Below are positions 40,234 to 52,390 of a stretch of DNA of 64,000 nucleotides, piece by piece; the first letter of the stretch is position 1, and the number at the start of each line of letters is the position of its first letter. The stretch is from Octopus bimaculoides (taxonomy: Eukaryota), in NCBI RefSeq assembly GCF_001194135.2, contig NC_068989.1, positions 88,834,683-88,898,682 on the forward strand, read 5' to 3'. The translations under genes and the position numbers were made by a program. The notes below the pieces were generated by a model. That model saw only the letters and a program-made list of their open reading frames with translations. It was not told the DNA's origin and did no database searches.

Positions 40234-41676
40234 CTCTGACAGTCATGTTCAGTCACAAACTGAGTTAGGTTTGTAATCTATGACAAGTTTATTTACCCAG
40301 GTATTTACTCCTCTGAAGAGTTGACACACTCACAGGTACGCAAGGAGACCTGTGAAGCCAAAGATCATTTCCTACTTGTCTCTGTTGGGGTTTTCTTTAA
40401 TTGCTGCTGTATTATTCTCTCTGCCCAGTCTCAGCAGAACTATTTGTTAGCTATTGTAGTTGTGATGCTGGGGGAACAAAAATTTGCTGGTAAATGGTAT
40501 TTTTCTGTATGAAGACCACATGGACTTGATATCTTGAGAGATAAAAACTTTATCCAGAGTCTTGTTTTCATTTTTATTGATTTGATAGTTTTTTTGTTTT
40601 TTTTGTTTTGTGCATTTTGCTTTCCTATCTCAGCAATCAATTTTAAAAAAGAAAATGTATTTCATGTTGATTGATTCATTTTTTTTAATTTTTTTATTAA
40701 CATCTCACTTTATCTGTCAGTTTTTGTCTCTTTGAGGATATATGTATAAAACCAGCTTTTGAAAATCACCGCTATTGGCCATATACTCAACGTTTCTGAG
40801 TTCATGCTTAAAAAAAAGATACTAGCACACATGCACACTGTCCTATGCTCATGCGCACACTCTATAAATATACTAGGATTTCAATTGGATGCAGTTTTCA
40901 GTATATTATGATTGTTTGTGTCATTTCTTTACATTGTTTAAATTTGTATAGTCGTATAATCTTTGCTTTCATTTTAGTCCTCAGCAAACAGTTTTATAAA
41001 ATATTCTTGTCTTGACATCTCATGGGTTGTAAATGAGTGTCACTGTCATACAAACGTCATTCATTTCCAATATTCTACAAAAGAATGTCTGGTGACAGGG
41101 AAGTAGTACCTTACTTGATGATGATTAGCAGCTGGCCTTATATAAAATCTACCTCTGTCCAACCATTGCAAGCTTGGAAAACTGGACTATGGGGATGATA
41201 ATAAGACCTCGTCTACATCAAACCCAACTAGCACACCACTCACTCACTCACACACACACTCATACTCTCTCACTCACTCTGGAGTAGAATTTATCACTCA
41301 AACTCACAAATTTTTCAATATAATGCTTTTTGTCAATTGCCAGCCTTGATCCAATTGAAATAAGTTTCCTAATAATTTACAGCATATCAAACCAAACCCT
41401 AACCAACCAACAGAAAAAAAAAAAATTTGAGGCAAAAATTCTCTGAAAGTCAGTTGTACATACAATAGAGAACATCAATCAGAGCCTATTCAATGTGACC
41501 TTTAAAAGTAGGTTTCCTCCACAGTGAACAAGAGACTGCTAACATGCAACTGTGTCGGGCTGATGCATCATCATCGTTTTATTAAAAACTATCTAATACT
41601 TCTAACAATCCTCCTGGACATTTAAGGAAATCTATTTCCTATACATTCTTAGTATTTATTGTACTTGTGCATCTGC

Positions 41677-41717
<41 letters not shown>

Positions 41718-41924
41718 TATTTTCTCTTAACTACTCTCAGCTTGAGAGTTCCAGCCATGCTGGGCACTGCCATTTTGTGTGTATGTAATGGGCTCCGATT
41801 TCCCCTCTACCAAATCCACTCGCAAGGCTTTGTGGTTGGTCTAAGGCTATAGTAGAAGGTACTTGCTAAAGGTGCCACACAAAATTGAATGTAGGACCTT
41901 GTGGCTGGGAAGCAAACACAACCA

Positions 41925-43085
41925 TGCCTGCACTGGGTACACTACGGAATTTCTACCTACATCTTTTTTTACATAAGAAGGGATTAGTAATTTGTCTATT
42001 TTCCTGCTTACTGGGACTTTGGTCTTTGCTAAATTAATTCTGAGGCCCTTTGATTCTAGACCTAGCTTCAACACCTGATTGTGGAGATTGAACTATATGA
42101 ACAAGGTCATTAGCATAGAGGAGCAACCAATCTGATCCTGGAGGACTATAATAATCAAGAGTGGGATGTGGGCTGAGAACCAATCCTTGATGTACTAACT
42201 GAGCACTAAACTTGCTATACTCATTAGACTTTCACCTTACTGACAACATCCTTCTACATGACTTGGACAGCTCGTATCAACCACTCCTCTATTCCTAGCT
42301 TCTGCATCAACCACCAGATAAGGGAGTGAGGGACCCTGTCAAAGGCTTTCTCCATGTCAACAAAAGCCAAATATCATGGTTTATTTCTTGCTAAATCCTT
42401 GTTTCTTTACTCGGAAGATAGCATCAGTAGTGCTTCTCTTTGGCACAAAAACCAAACTGCATCTCATTTAGGTTAAGTTTCATCCTAATTAGTTGATCTA
42501 CGATCCTTTCTGTGACTTACATGACCTGGTCCTACAATTTGATAACTCTAATACTAAAGCATCTCCTTTACCTTTGTAGCAATTGACTATAGTGCTGCTG
42601 TACCAGTTATTGAGTATGATACCCTTCCTGGATAATCTGATTAATTATACAGGTGACTAGGCCCATATCCCACTCCTTCAGATATTTTAAGCACCTTGGC
42701 AGTAGTAATTCCTGCTGGGCCAGGAGCTTTTTGTTTTCATATCCTTAATTGCTTTATTATGCTGCTGTCCTCTCAGGTCGCTTGTCTCTTCTGGGTCCAC
42801 ATTAGGAAAACCCTCCTCCCATGCATTCTCCGCATTCATCAGCCTTTCATGGTTATTCTGCAAAGAAAGAGGCATGAAAGTCCAAGTGTACCCTCATCCA
42901 TCCCAACACACTTCTCTCCTACGACATCTTGATTTTCTCTGACACATTGTGTTGCAATCTGGAACTCCTCATGCTGCAGAACATTGACAAACCTCCTATG
43001 TTTCTTCCCTAGCTAAATATAGACCTGTCACTTAGCTTCTCTTCTACCTGTTATCATTCTCTGCTGTGCCCGCTCTTCCAGGCCT
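41925..43085 (-). mobile_element. Older, internally deleted copy of the RTE family seen at 1-1410
   Basis: Minus strand gives HERLMNAENAWEEG, gacatggagaaagcctttgacagggtccc (DMEKAFDRV) and LESKGLRINLAKTKV. Confidence 0.8.
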
Positions 43086-43111
43086 GTTTCTCTGCTCTTA
43101 TGGCCCTGTCT

Positions 43112-43386
43112 ACATTATTTACATTTGACAGATATTTGTCCTCATCTTGTTTGTTGCTAATACGTTTCGACTGATATACCCTCCAGCCTTCATCAGGTGT
43201 TTTGGGGAAATTTCGAACCTGGGTTCTCATTCCTAAGGTATTTTTCGATATTATTATTATTCAGGTCACTGCCTGGAATCCAACTCGGAATCTTGGGGTT
43301 AGTATGGTTTGAAAGATGAGCAAGGTTTTTGATGGAGTCAAATGTAAATAATGTACATAATTCCTCATCTCTTAAATATAGAACTG
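43112..43386. mobile_element. 275-bp Penelope-like retroelement end with internal inversion, flanked by a 13-bp TSD
   Basis: Direct repeat tatggccctgtct at 43099-43111 and 43387-43399; 19-bp inverted duplication 43111-43129 / 43337-43355; hammerhead core on the minus strand. Confidence 0.65.
43161..43200 (-). ncRNA. Minimal type I hammerhead ribozyme-like motif; stem I not formed in this copy
   Basis: acac-CTGATGA-A-GGCTG-gagggtatat-CAGTC-GAA-ACGT-A: both core boxes, a 5-bp stem II, a palindromic ACGT stem III and a GUA triplet. Confidence 0.6.
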
Positions 43387-43544
43387 TATGGCCCTGTCTT
43401 ACTTCATTAAAAATCAAAATGAATGAAATTTAATGTACAATTTATAAAGCAATTTCTTATAATGGCAATCTCAATGCAGTTTAGGAAGAATCCCAATGGA
43501 TGTGTAAATAGCAGTAATTCTCTAAATTACTGATGTCTTATCTT

Positions 43545-43885
43545 ATATCATTACTTGTTTCAGTCATTGAACTGTGGCCATGCTGGGGCACTTCCTTAAA
43601 GGGGTTTTAGTCAAATTGACAGCAGTGCTTTTTTTTTTTTTTAAGCTTGGTACTCATTCTATCAGACTCTTTTGCTGAACTGTTAAGTTATAGGGACATA
43701 AACAAGCACTAGTTGTCAACCAATGGTGAGAGCACACAATGGGTTTCCACTCAGTTTCTGTCTACTAAATCCACTCATGAGACTTTGGTCAGCCTATGGC
43801 TATATTAGTCACGTGCCCAAGGTGCCACCCAGTAGAACTGAACTTGGAACGATGTGGTTGCAAAGCAAGCTTTTTACCACACAAC
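43545..43885 (-). mobile_element. SINE family A, decayed
   Basis: cttgtttcagtcattgaactgtggccatgctgggg..tttaccacacaaccattcc. Confidence 0.75.
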
Positions 43886-44159
43886 CATTCCTGTCTAGAA
43901 TGTGAAACTATTGGAAAGTTGACTTGATATTAACTTGTTAGTGTTTGTTTTGTTGAGAATGTGGTCAGCTTGTTAGGTTGCAAGCCAAGAGGTTGATGGC
44001 TCAATGTCCGTCACTGGGCATAGTACCTTTTCTTGGTCAAGTTTGATTGGAGCTATATGATGACCAACTAATGACACAAATCTCTGTGAGCCAACAATGC
44101 TACCTCTATGGTTCCTCAACTGCCTTCAAGTGGGACATATAGAACAATGTGGTTCTAGT

Positions 44160-44395
44160 TATACATTAAAAAAAAAAAATACCAGTGCATTGTCCTTGAG
44201 CAAGGCACTTTATTTCACATTGCTCCGGTTCACCCAGCTGGCAAAAATGAGTTGTACCTGTAATTCAAAAGGGCCAACCTTGTCATATTCTGTGTCATGC
44301 TGAGGACAACATTAAGGGAACACTTGTCTGTGGAGTGCTCAGCGACTTGCATGTTAAAATTTAAAAAGCTGGATGGTCACTACTGGAATGTCTTT
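44160..44395 (+). mobile_element. SINE family E, 5'-damaged
   Basis: gtccttgagcaaggcactttatttcacattgctcc..tgtggagtgctcagc, shared with the 45130 copy. Confidence 0.7.
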
Positions 44396-45129
44396 TTTTT
44401 AAATGAAAGATCTGCTTAATCTGGGATGACCTGGGTCTGAACAAGACTCTGTGCTCTGTCCGTCCCTCATAACACCTTTTTAAACCTAAATTAACAAGCT
44501 ACGTACCAACTCACTTTATTCCCTTTTCTCAGACTCCCTTCTGTGACTCCTTCAATCCTTGTATTTAACTTTTTACCCAAATGGGAAACTGTTGCCTTTG
44601 TTTTCTTCACAGGTCATCTTCTGGAAGTCCAAGCCGGGGTTTCACCATCACAAATCTGGGAAGATCTTGCATGTTCATTGGCAATTCCTGTCATCATTTA
44701 ACATCTGTGTTCTGTGCTGCCATGAGTTGAATGGTCTGACGGGATCCAGCGAGGGCCCAAGGACTGCATCTGGCTGCAGTGTCTGTATTGACATGGTGTC
44801 CATGGCTGGATGCCCTTCCTAATGCCAACAACTTTACAGTAACACTCTGAGTGCTCTTTTCATGCCATCAGCACTATTGCAGTTGCCATGCAACTCGGTA
44901 AGATTATGAACCATGTGGGAGAGGGGGGTCAGATTTATACTTGGGGTGGGGGCAGTTAAAACATGAAGTGTAGGAGAAGAGCAGGTCTTTGGAAATGATT
45001 TGCATGGTTCAGATTTGGTAAGGAAGGGAATGATTTGTAGGAACTGTAAAGAGATAGATAATTAGGGTGTGTCCAGGTGGATCCCTCAAGGCATGAGTAG
45101 AAGTGGGGGTTGCAAGATTGTATGGGTAG

Positions 45130-45445
45130 GAAGGTGCATGGTTTAATGGTTAGAGTATTTGGTTCACAATCATAGGGTCATGAGTTCAATACTCACCATT
45201 ACATTGTGTCCTTGGGCAAGACCCTTCATCTCATTGCTCCAGCCCACTCAGCTAGCAAAAATGAGTTGTACCTGTAATTCACAAGGGCCAGCTTTGTCAC
45301 ATTCTGTGTCGTGTTGAGTCTCCCTGAGGACTACGTTAAGGGAATACAGCTGTGGAGTGCTCAGCCACTTGCACGTTAATTCCACGAGTGGACTTTTCTG
45401 TTGAATGAATCAACTGGAACATTCGTTGCCATAACTGATGGAGAG
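45130..45445 (+). mobile_element. tRNA-derived SINE family E
   Basis: atggttagagt..gagttcaatac A/B-box-like head; body matches the 44160 copy. Confidence 0.75.
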
Positions 45446-45472
45446 CAGGGGGTGGGGAAGTAGCCGCCAAGT

Positions 45473-45745
45473 CATCATCATCATTTAACATCTGCTTTCC
45501 ATGCTGGCATGGGTTGGACAGTTTGATTGAGGACTAGCAAGCCAGAAGGCTGTACCATGCTCCAATCTGATCTGGCAAGGTTTCTACAGCTGGATGCCCT
45601 TCCTAACGCCAACCACTCTGAGAGTGTAGTGGGTCCATTTTATGTGCCACATACATGAGGGCCAGTCAGGTGTTACTGGCATCAACCATACTTGAATGGA
45701 GCTTTTTATGTGCCACTGGCACAGGAGCCAATCTGTCTCTGTTTC
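45473..45745 (-). mobile_element. Family C element
   Basis: (cat)n ttaacatctgctttccatgctggc..ttttatgtgccac. Confidence 0.85.
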
Positions 45746-45980
45746 ACCCACAAGAGTTAACAAGTGAAACAGAAACAAGAAAAATGCCCCTGTTATTTGA
45801 ATACTATACAAATATGTCTTTAAAAAAGACTTTTTTTAAAAATTTACCAAAATTTAATTTTTCAATAATTTTTCAAAAATCTATTATTCATATTTACTGT
45901 TGAAAAGATCTCAAGGATCGAAACCGGTTCTGTAATGTTCTTTATAAAAGTATTTTAGCATTTTCTACTTTGTCTTTTTT

Positions 45981-46032
<52 letters not shown>

Positions 46033-46559
46033 ACTTTTACTTGTTTCAGTCATTTGACTGTGTCCATGCTGGAGTACCAACCAAATTATAAATATTATTA
46101 CAATACAATATTTTCCAGCGAAATATAGCACCATAAAGGTAGAATTACAAATAGGAAATAGTGGCACAACAAGGTACCAATTTTGGCTGGAAATAGCAGT
46201 CAATAGCCGTATGCTGCTATGTAAAACTTCACTGAATGTATAGCGGCAAAGATGTGTGCAGGTATATATATAAATATATATGCATGCATGCTGAGCAGAC
46301 AGACAAAAATGTGTCAATGTTTTTTGCATCTTTTGTTTTAATTACTTCATTGTTTAACTAAGCATAATATTTTCCACATGAAATTTCAAATTATAAAAAC
46401 AGTCTCTATGTGCAGTGTTACATTATTAACATTTTAAAAATTAATTTTATTTTGGTTTTATATCCTGAACAAAAAAATATTTGTGGAATTTTGACTGGCC
46501 AAAAATAGGGGGGTAACTTTTACATGAAATCGACTATTAATCAAGTATATACAGTATAT

Positions 46560-46790
46560 ATATATATATATATATATATAATGTGTGTCTGTGTTTGTCC
46601 CCCACTACTGCTTGGCAACCTGTGTTGGTATATTTACATTCCTGTAACTTAGTGGTTCAGCGAAAGAGACTAATAGAATAAGTACCAGGCTTTAAAAAAA
46701 TAAGTACTGGGGCTGATTTATTCAACTAAAGATTCCGCAAGAAGGTGCCCCAGTATGGCCACAGTCTAATGAAACGAGTAAAAGATAAAT
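46560..46790 (+). mobile_element. SINE family A 3' half (after the (TA)n core)
   Basis: gtgtctgtgtttgtccccc..gaataagtaccaggc..atggccacagtctaatgaaac. Confidence 0.7.
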
Positions 46791-47284
46791 GATTACTTTA
46801 GATTTACCCTCTCACAGTTGTAGGCTTTGTCACCAACCTAATGAAAGGTCAGTGAGAAATGATAACAAGGGTTCTAGTCACCTGCTTCGAGGCCTTTATG
46901 AACATAGTAACATAGATAAGTGTATTACCTCCGTGGTAAGGGATGAAGCAACTTTTAACAAGGTTCCTTTATACTTCAATGGTGCCTTTAGGAATTGCAG
47001 ATTCTCAAAACTGTTCCGTTATGTTGGCTGTGAAAATAACCCCAGGAGATCTTACACAACTAGAGATAGAAAAGGTTTTGGTTCAACTCTATATTCAGCA
47101 TGGATGTGATGACTAACGTAGCTAGAAAATTCTTAAATTAAGTATTGAAGCATTTTTGCTATATTCAATCAATGGTGTGAAATGGTTGGCAATATAAAAG
47201 GCATCCAACCGTAAAAACCATACCCTCACCCCTACTCCTCCTTGTAAGGCATTTCAACCCCTGTCTTGCTCAGCATATCAATCC

Positions 47285-47645
47285 CCTGAAAACTGTTCAG
47301 AAACATGCAACCAAACGAACACCCGCCATCAGGCATCTACCATAACTCCGAACGTCTAGCTTCCCTGGACATGGACGCATTAAAGTTCCAATGTTTGGCA
47401 ACTGACTTGGCAGACATCCCCAAGATTATGCATCACATTTCCAACAACAACCTTGAGTACCTTTTTTAATTCCATACGTCAAACACTCATGGACATGCTT
47501 ACAAAATCAAAAACCAGCACAGTGCCTATGACTTTTGGAAACCTTTTTTTCACCTTCAGAATTGCTGAAGCATAGAACAAACTAACCACATCAGACGTTA
47601 CCTGTCGGAACACGACATCCTTTAAAATTTCCATGTTTCCTGAAA
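47285..47645 (+). mobile_element. CR1/L2-like LINE 3' end
   Basis: QKHATKR..SERLASLDM..HGHAYKI..FFTFRIAEA*NKL matches the typical CR1 ORF2 C-terminus (RGH..K..FF..R...WN.L). Confidence 0.7.
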
Positions 47646-47735
47646 TACACCTGATATCCTTCCCTCCTTTTTTTTTTTTTTTTTAATAACTCATTCATTG
47701 TTCACTTCCTGTACATTATTCTGTTTACTGTTCAT

Positions 47736-48048
47736 GTGAAGGTGCATGGCTCAGTGGTTAGAGCGTTGAGCTTTACGATCATGAGGTTGTGAGTTCGATT
47801 CCCGGACCGGGCTGCGTGTTGTTCTTGAGCAAGACACTTTATTTCATGTTGCTCCAATTCACTCAGCTGTAGAAATGAGTTGTGACATCACTGGTGCCAA
47901 GCTGTATCGGTCTTTGCCTTTCCCTTGGATAACATCGGTGGCATGGGCAACTGCTGGTCTTCCATAAAACAACCTTGCCTGGACTTGTGCCTGGGAGGGT
48001 AACTTTCTAGGTGCAATCCTAGGGTCTGTCATGACCGAAGGGGGTCTC
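47736..48048 (+). mobile_element. tRNA-derived SINE family D
   Basis: gtgaaggtgcatggctcagtggttagagcg (A box) ..gagttcgattcccgg (B box); related head at 62731. Confidence 0.85.
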
Positions 48049-49505
48049 AGCTTTTGGCTACTTTTTCTGTTGAGTTGTGCACCTAAGCAGTGTATAGAAT
48101 AAATTCATTATTATATTTTATTCAAACTCAACAACTAAAATCAGTGAATTTTTCTCTGTTGTTCTGCATGTCAGGTGATGAAGGACTGTGGATGTTTATG
48201 TCACACAAACAGCATCTCGAAAACGGATGGAAAGTAATAACAATGATGATGTATATCTGAGACTAGACTTCTTCAGGATCAGAAACCACTATCAAAATGC
48301 TGCAGAAAACAAGTAATTCCTGTTACTTAACGTGAATCTAAGTTTAATCCAACAGCAAATATACCAGGTGTAACCAGTACACAAGACAAACTGACCAGCC
48401 AGCCAGCCTGTTATCATTTGACAATTTCCGCTATTGTTGTCGTCGGTGACAAGAATGTGTGTGTGTGTGTCTTTTCAACACAGATAACATGCTATGTCGT
48501 AATTTATTTGTATTCCAGGTGGAAGGTAGCGTTCTCAGTAAACCCCATCAGTAGACGGATTTAAATAACACACAAGATGTTAATATGGAAGGAAAATAAA
48601 GTAGGTGTGTGTGTGTGTGTGTGTATTTAAACAAATTAATTAGTCAGAAGAGAAGAGGGAAAGCCTCTGACATTTCCATGTCTTGACAGACTGGTTAGAT
48701 GGATGTGGTAGACATGGCTGATGTTTAATTTGAACTTCTGTAGGTGTTTGTTGTCATCTGTGGCAACAAAAGACAAAAACACACAAAAAAACCCCACATA
48801 TGTTGGCAGGTGTGAGTCTGCTCAGAGTTGCTTGGGGAATCCTGGGACAACAGGGAATCCCAAAGGGGTGCAGCTCTGGAGAGATCAAATCAGACCAAAG
48901 AGTTTGGTAAAGAAGAGAAGATCTAAGCTATAATACAAAGGAGGGATGACAAAAACAGGGCTGATTGCATTGGGTTGGTCAACATGGTATACAGTTCAGA
49001 GAAATGGTGACCATTCTCTCTTCCCCTTCTCCCCCTCTCTCTTTTGAACTCCAAGGCTCATAAAGCTAGATATTAACTTGGTTTCCATGGCATATAAGTG
49101 ACTGGGACACCAGTCCATTGCGGAGTTTACTTCCAGCATTTGCTGGACCAACACACCACCTGGTACAGGAATTGAAATCACAATCTTATGATCATTAGTG
49201 CAACACTCTAATCGCTTCACCATACACCTTCACTGGTGGCCATTCTGGTGTAGTAATAAAAACAGGAACAGCCGATCTGAATGACAAAGGTTACAGTATG
49301 TTGTTAAATGAATCTTTTTCAACCAAATGAATGGATTTCTTTTGGATGTGGCTCAAAATGTGTGTGCGATCCTGTGTGTTGTGGCAGAAATAACATTGTC
49401 CCAGATATCTGGAAAGATATTATATGGGTCTTTTCTATAGGGAGCCAGCAACTGGTTAGTGTTGAAATATTTTATGGCTCTGGGGTGAAATTCTAACTCA
49501 TATTT

Positions 49506-49977
49506 ATAGGCGTAGGAGTGGCTGTGTGGTAAGTAGCTTGCTTAAGCAACTACATGGTTCCGGGTTCAGTCCCACTGCGTGGCACCTTGGGCAAGTGTCT
49601 TCTACTATAGCCTCGGGCCGACCAAAGCCTTGTAAGTGGANNNNNNNNNNCTTCTACTATAGCCTCGGGCCGACCAAAGCCTTGTAAGTGGATTTGGTAG
49701 ACGGAAACTGAAAGAAGCCCATCGTATATATGTATATATATATATCTATGTGTGTGTGTGTGTGTATATGTTTGTGTGTCTGTGTTTGTCCCCCAATATC
49801 GCTTGACAACCGATGCTGGTGTGTTTACATCCCCGTAAGCTAGCGGTTTGGCAAAAGAGACCGATAGAATAAGTACTAGGCTTACAAAGAATAAGTCCTG
49901 GGGTCGATTTGTTCGACTAAAGGCGGTGCTCCAGCATGGCCACAGTCAAATGACTGAAACAAATAAAAGAGTAATAT
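49506..49977 (+). mobile_element. SINE family A, young near-full-length copy with central (TA)n/(TG)n
   Basis: ataggcgtaggagtggctgtgtggtaag..gggttcagtccc..tgactgaaacaaataaaagagtaata; CpGs intact. Confidence 0.9.
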
Positions 49978-49980
49978 ACA

Positions 49981-50014
<34 letters not shown>

Positions 50015-50025
50015 CATATATATAA

Positions 50026-50057
<32 letters not shown>

Positions 50058-51076
50058 GTCCATATGTATGCTGTTAGAGTCATGAATACTTCCTCAGTCA
50101 GCATCCAGAATATATCATCAAATGGTAACAATATACACTGGAAATACATTAGTTTAACGAGGCTTGTGACAAATCAACAATTGTGGAATTTAATTAATTC
50201 CATTCAAGAAAATGTTACTAGTTTTGATCTTCCCATGTTTAACGAAGATTAACACTGAAAGTAAACTGTCGCCCAATGAATATACACACACTCACATGCA
50301 TGCACACACACACACGGACACACACTTGCACATACAAACTTGCATTTTCCAATATGTTTGTGTAATTACACAAACATACATACATGTGCACATGTGTGTG
50401 TGTGTGTATGTATATATATATATATATATATATATGTACATACATAAATACACATATATACATACATACATATATATACCCATATACACAAGTGTGTGTG
50501 TGTATAAACGGATGCAAATGTGATTGAGTCCTTAAGAAGTTTGTGTCATAAACATGATATTCTAGTTCAATCTCCTTGGGTTGAGTTTCAATTTGAATGA
50601 AAGCATTGTAAGTGAAATCAGGTAAACAAACACCCACCGGATGTATCGTTTATGATGTAATACAAAGAGCAAGCTTTGTCACAAACTCTATCATACTGAC
50701 CTACCTAAGAATAACATTATACAGAGTACACATTCCTGTGGAATACTCAGCTGTTCATATGCAAATTTAATGAGCAGGTAATCCAGTTTATTAAGCTGAA
50801 ATACTCATTGTCAAAAGTAACTGAAACCTGTTTTTGCTCAAATTTCAAATTATGTTACGCATGTTTCTATAGCATGGCTATTTATTAGTTCATAAATGTA
50901 TTACGTAATATGAATTACATAACCAAAACATTTCTTGAAGAATTTTGAACAGCTGACAAGTAAAATTGATCTATGGAAATTTCAATTCAAATTTTTTTTT
51001 TAATATTTGCAGAAAGTCAGACATAAGCACACCAGTTGTAGAACGGGGTTAAATTAAACATGCAAATCAACTAGCA

Positions 51077-51687
51077 CAATGGTTCTTCATATCAGATTTT
51101 ATCATTAAAATTTATTTGCAATAAACTGGTTGAACTTCTACAATACACAAAATATTATAACAGTTTTTTTTTATACAATTCCTAATAATATTTAATCACA
51201 AAAATATTACTCTTTTACTTATTTCAGTCACTTGACTGTGGCCATGCTGGAGCACCGCCTTTAGTTGAGCAAATTGCCCCTGGAACTTATTCTTTTTTGT
51301 AAGCCTAGTAGTTCTATCGGTCTATTTTGCCGAACCACTAAGTTATGGGGACATAAACACACCAGCATCGGTTGTCAAGCGANNNNNNNNNNNNNNNNNN
51401 NNNNNNNNNNNNNNNNNNNNNNNNNNNNNNNNNNNNNNNNNNNNNNNTATATACACGACGGCTTCTTTCAGTTTCCGTCTACCAAATCTAGGCTATAATA
51501 GAAGACACTTGCCCAAGAATCCACGCAGTGGGACTGAACCCAGAACCATATGGTTCTTAAGCAAGCTACTTACCACACAGCCACTCCTACGCCTGAAATT
51601 TTTTAAAACATCAAATGGCTTTGAGGATCCACCTAACTAAAGTATGACTCAGATGTCCATAGGACAAAAAAGAGTTGAGAATCACTA
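51077..51687. mobile_element. hAT-like MITE interrupted by a SINE A
   Basis: caatggttcttca ... gttgagaatcacta termini. Internal sequence matches the 34342 and 37292 copies on both sides of 51205-51594. Confidence 0.65.
51205..51594 (-). mobile_element. SINE family A, young copy
   Basis: Reverse complement of the 49506 copy; the gap lies in the central microsatellite. Confidence 0.9.
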
Positions 51688-52074
51688 AACTAGTGTTTTC
51701 ATGGTTACAACAATGTACAAAAGTTGCTAGCATTAATCAACATTTGTCGACAAAACACTTTATCAACCAGGAATTCTATAAATAGCAATGAATTATTCAT
51801 TTGCCACTGAAATAGAAATAAAATTTTAGTGAGAAGCATTTCTGGTAAAAACACTCTTTAGATTGGTTTGAGATAAGCTGCCTCTGAGTAGAAAGTTTGT
51901 AATTGGTCAAATTATTCCTCTCAAGATGAAATCCACCAAACATGTTTCCTAATATTGAGTCCATTCTCTAAGAAGTAGCAGTGTATCTTTTATATTGTGA
52001 GAACACTTAATTTTTCTTTCAAAATGGCTTTTAAAAGTGAAACTAAAATTCGTGAAGGGTAAAACCATATTTAT

Positions 52075-52390
52075 TTTTGGTGATGGTGTCACATAAAAAG
52101 AGTTGGTGCCAGTGCCATGTAAAAAGCACTGGTGATGGCGCCACACAAAAAGCACTGATGATGTGAAAAGTATTAGTGATGGTACCACATAAAAAAAATG
52201 CTGATAGTGCCATGTAAAAAGCACCCAGTACACTCTGTAAAATGATTGGCCTTAAGTAGAGCATCCAGCTAGAGAAACCATGCCAAAACAGACAATGGGA
52301 TCTGGTGCAGCTCCTAGCCGTGTCAGCTCCTGTCAAATCATCCAACCCATGCCAACATGGAAAATGGACATTAAATGATGATGACGACAT
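52075..52390 (+). mobile_element. Family C element with internal 22-25-bp degenerate repeats and (GAT)n tail
   Basis: Repeated gccatgtaaaaagcac / gccacacaaaaagcac units, then gcatccagctagagaaacc..ccaacccatgccaacatggaaaa..taaatgatgatgacgac. Confidence 0.75.

Noticed and set aside
45955-46329. 124-aa minus ORF with a TM-like stretch
   Set aside because: Runs through a SINE end and (TA)n; hydrophobic residues are expected from AT-rich DNA; no homology recognised.
47736-47812. tRNA-like A/B boxes here and at 49506, 62731 and 63532
   Set aside because: They continue into long repeated SINE bodies and lack a complete cloverleaf; they are SINE heads, not tRNA genes.
48176-48263. Box C (GTGATGA) and box D (CTGA) spaced like a C/D snoRNA; also a plausible plus-strand acceptor
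   Set aside because: Terminal stem off register, no recognisable rRNA-complementary guide, no host intron identified, and frames close quickly.
49599-49692. 42-bp direct repeat around a 10-N gap
   Set aside because: Identical sequence on both sides of the gap indicates a contig-overlap artefact.
49260-50270. Possible Penelope-type RT relic (FDDIFW..VFM) around the SINE
   Set aside because: A single loose motif is not enough to call a feature.
52075-52240. CRISPR-like short repeats (gccatgtaaaaagcac units)
   Set aside because: Eukaryotic context, degenerate units without unique constant-length spacers, no cas genes; part of a retroelement tail.
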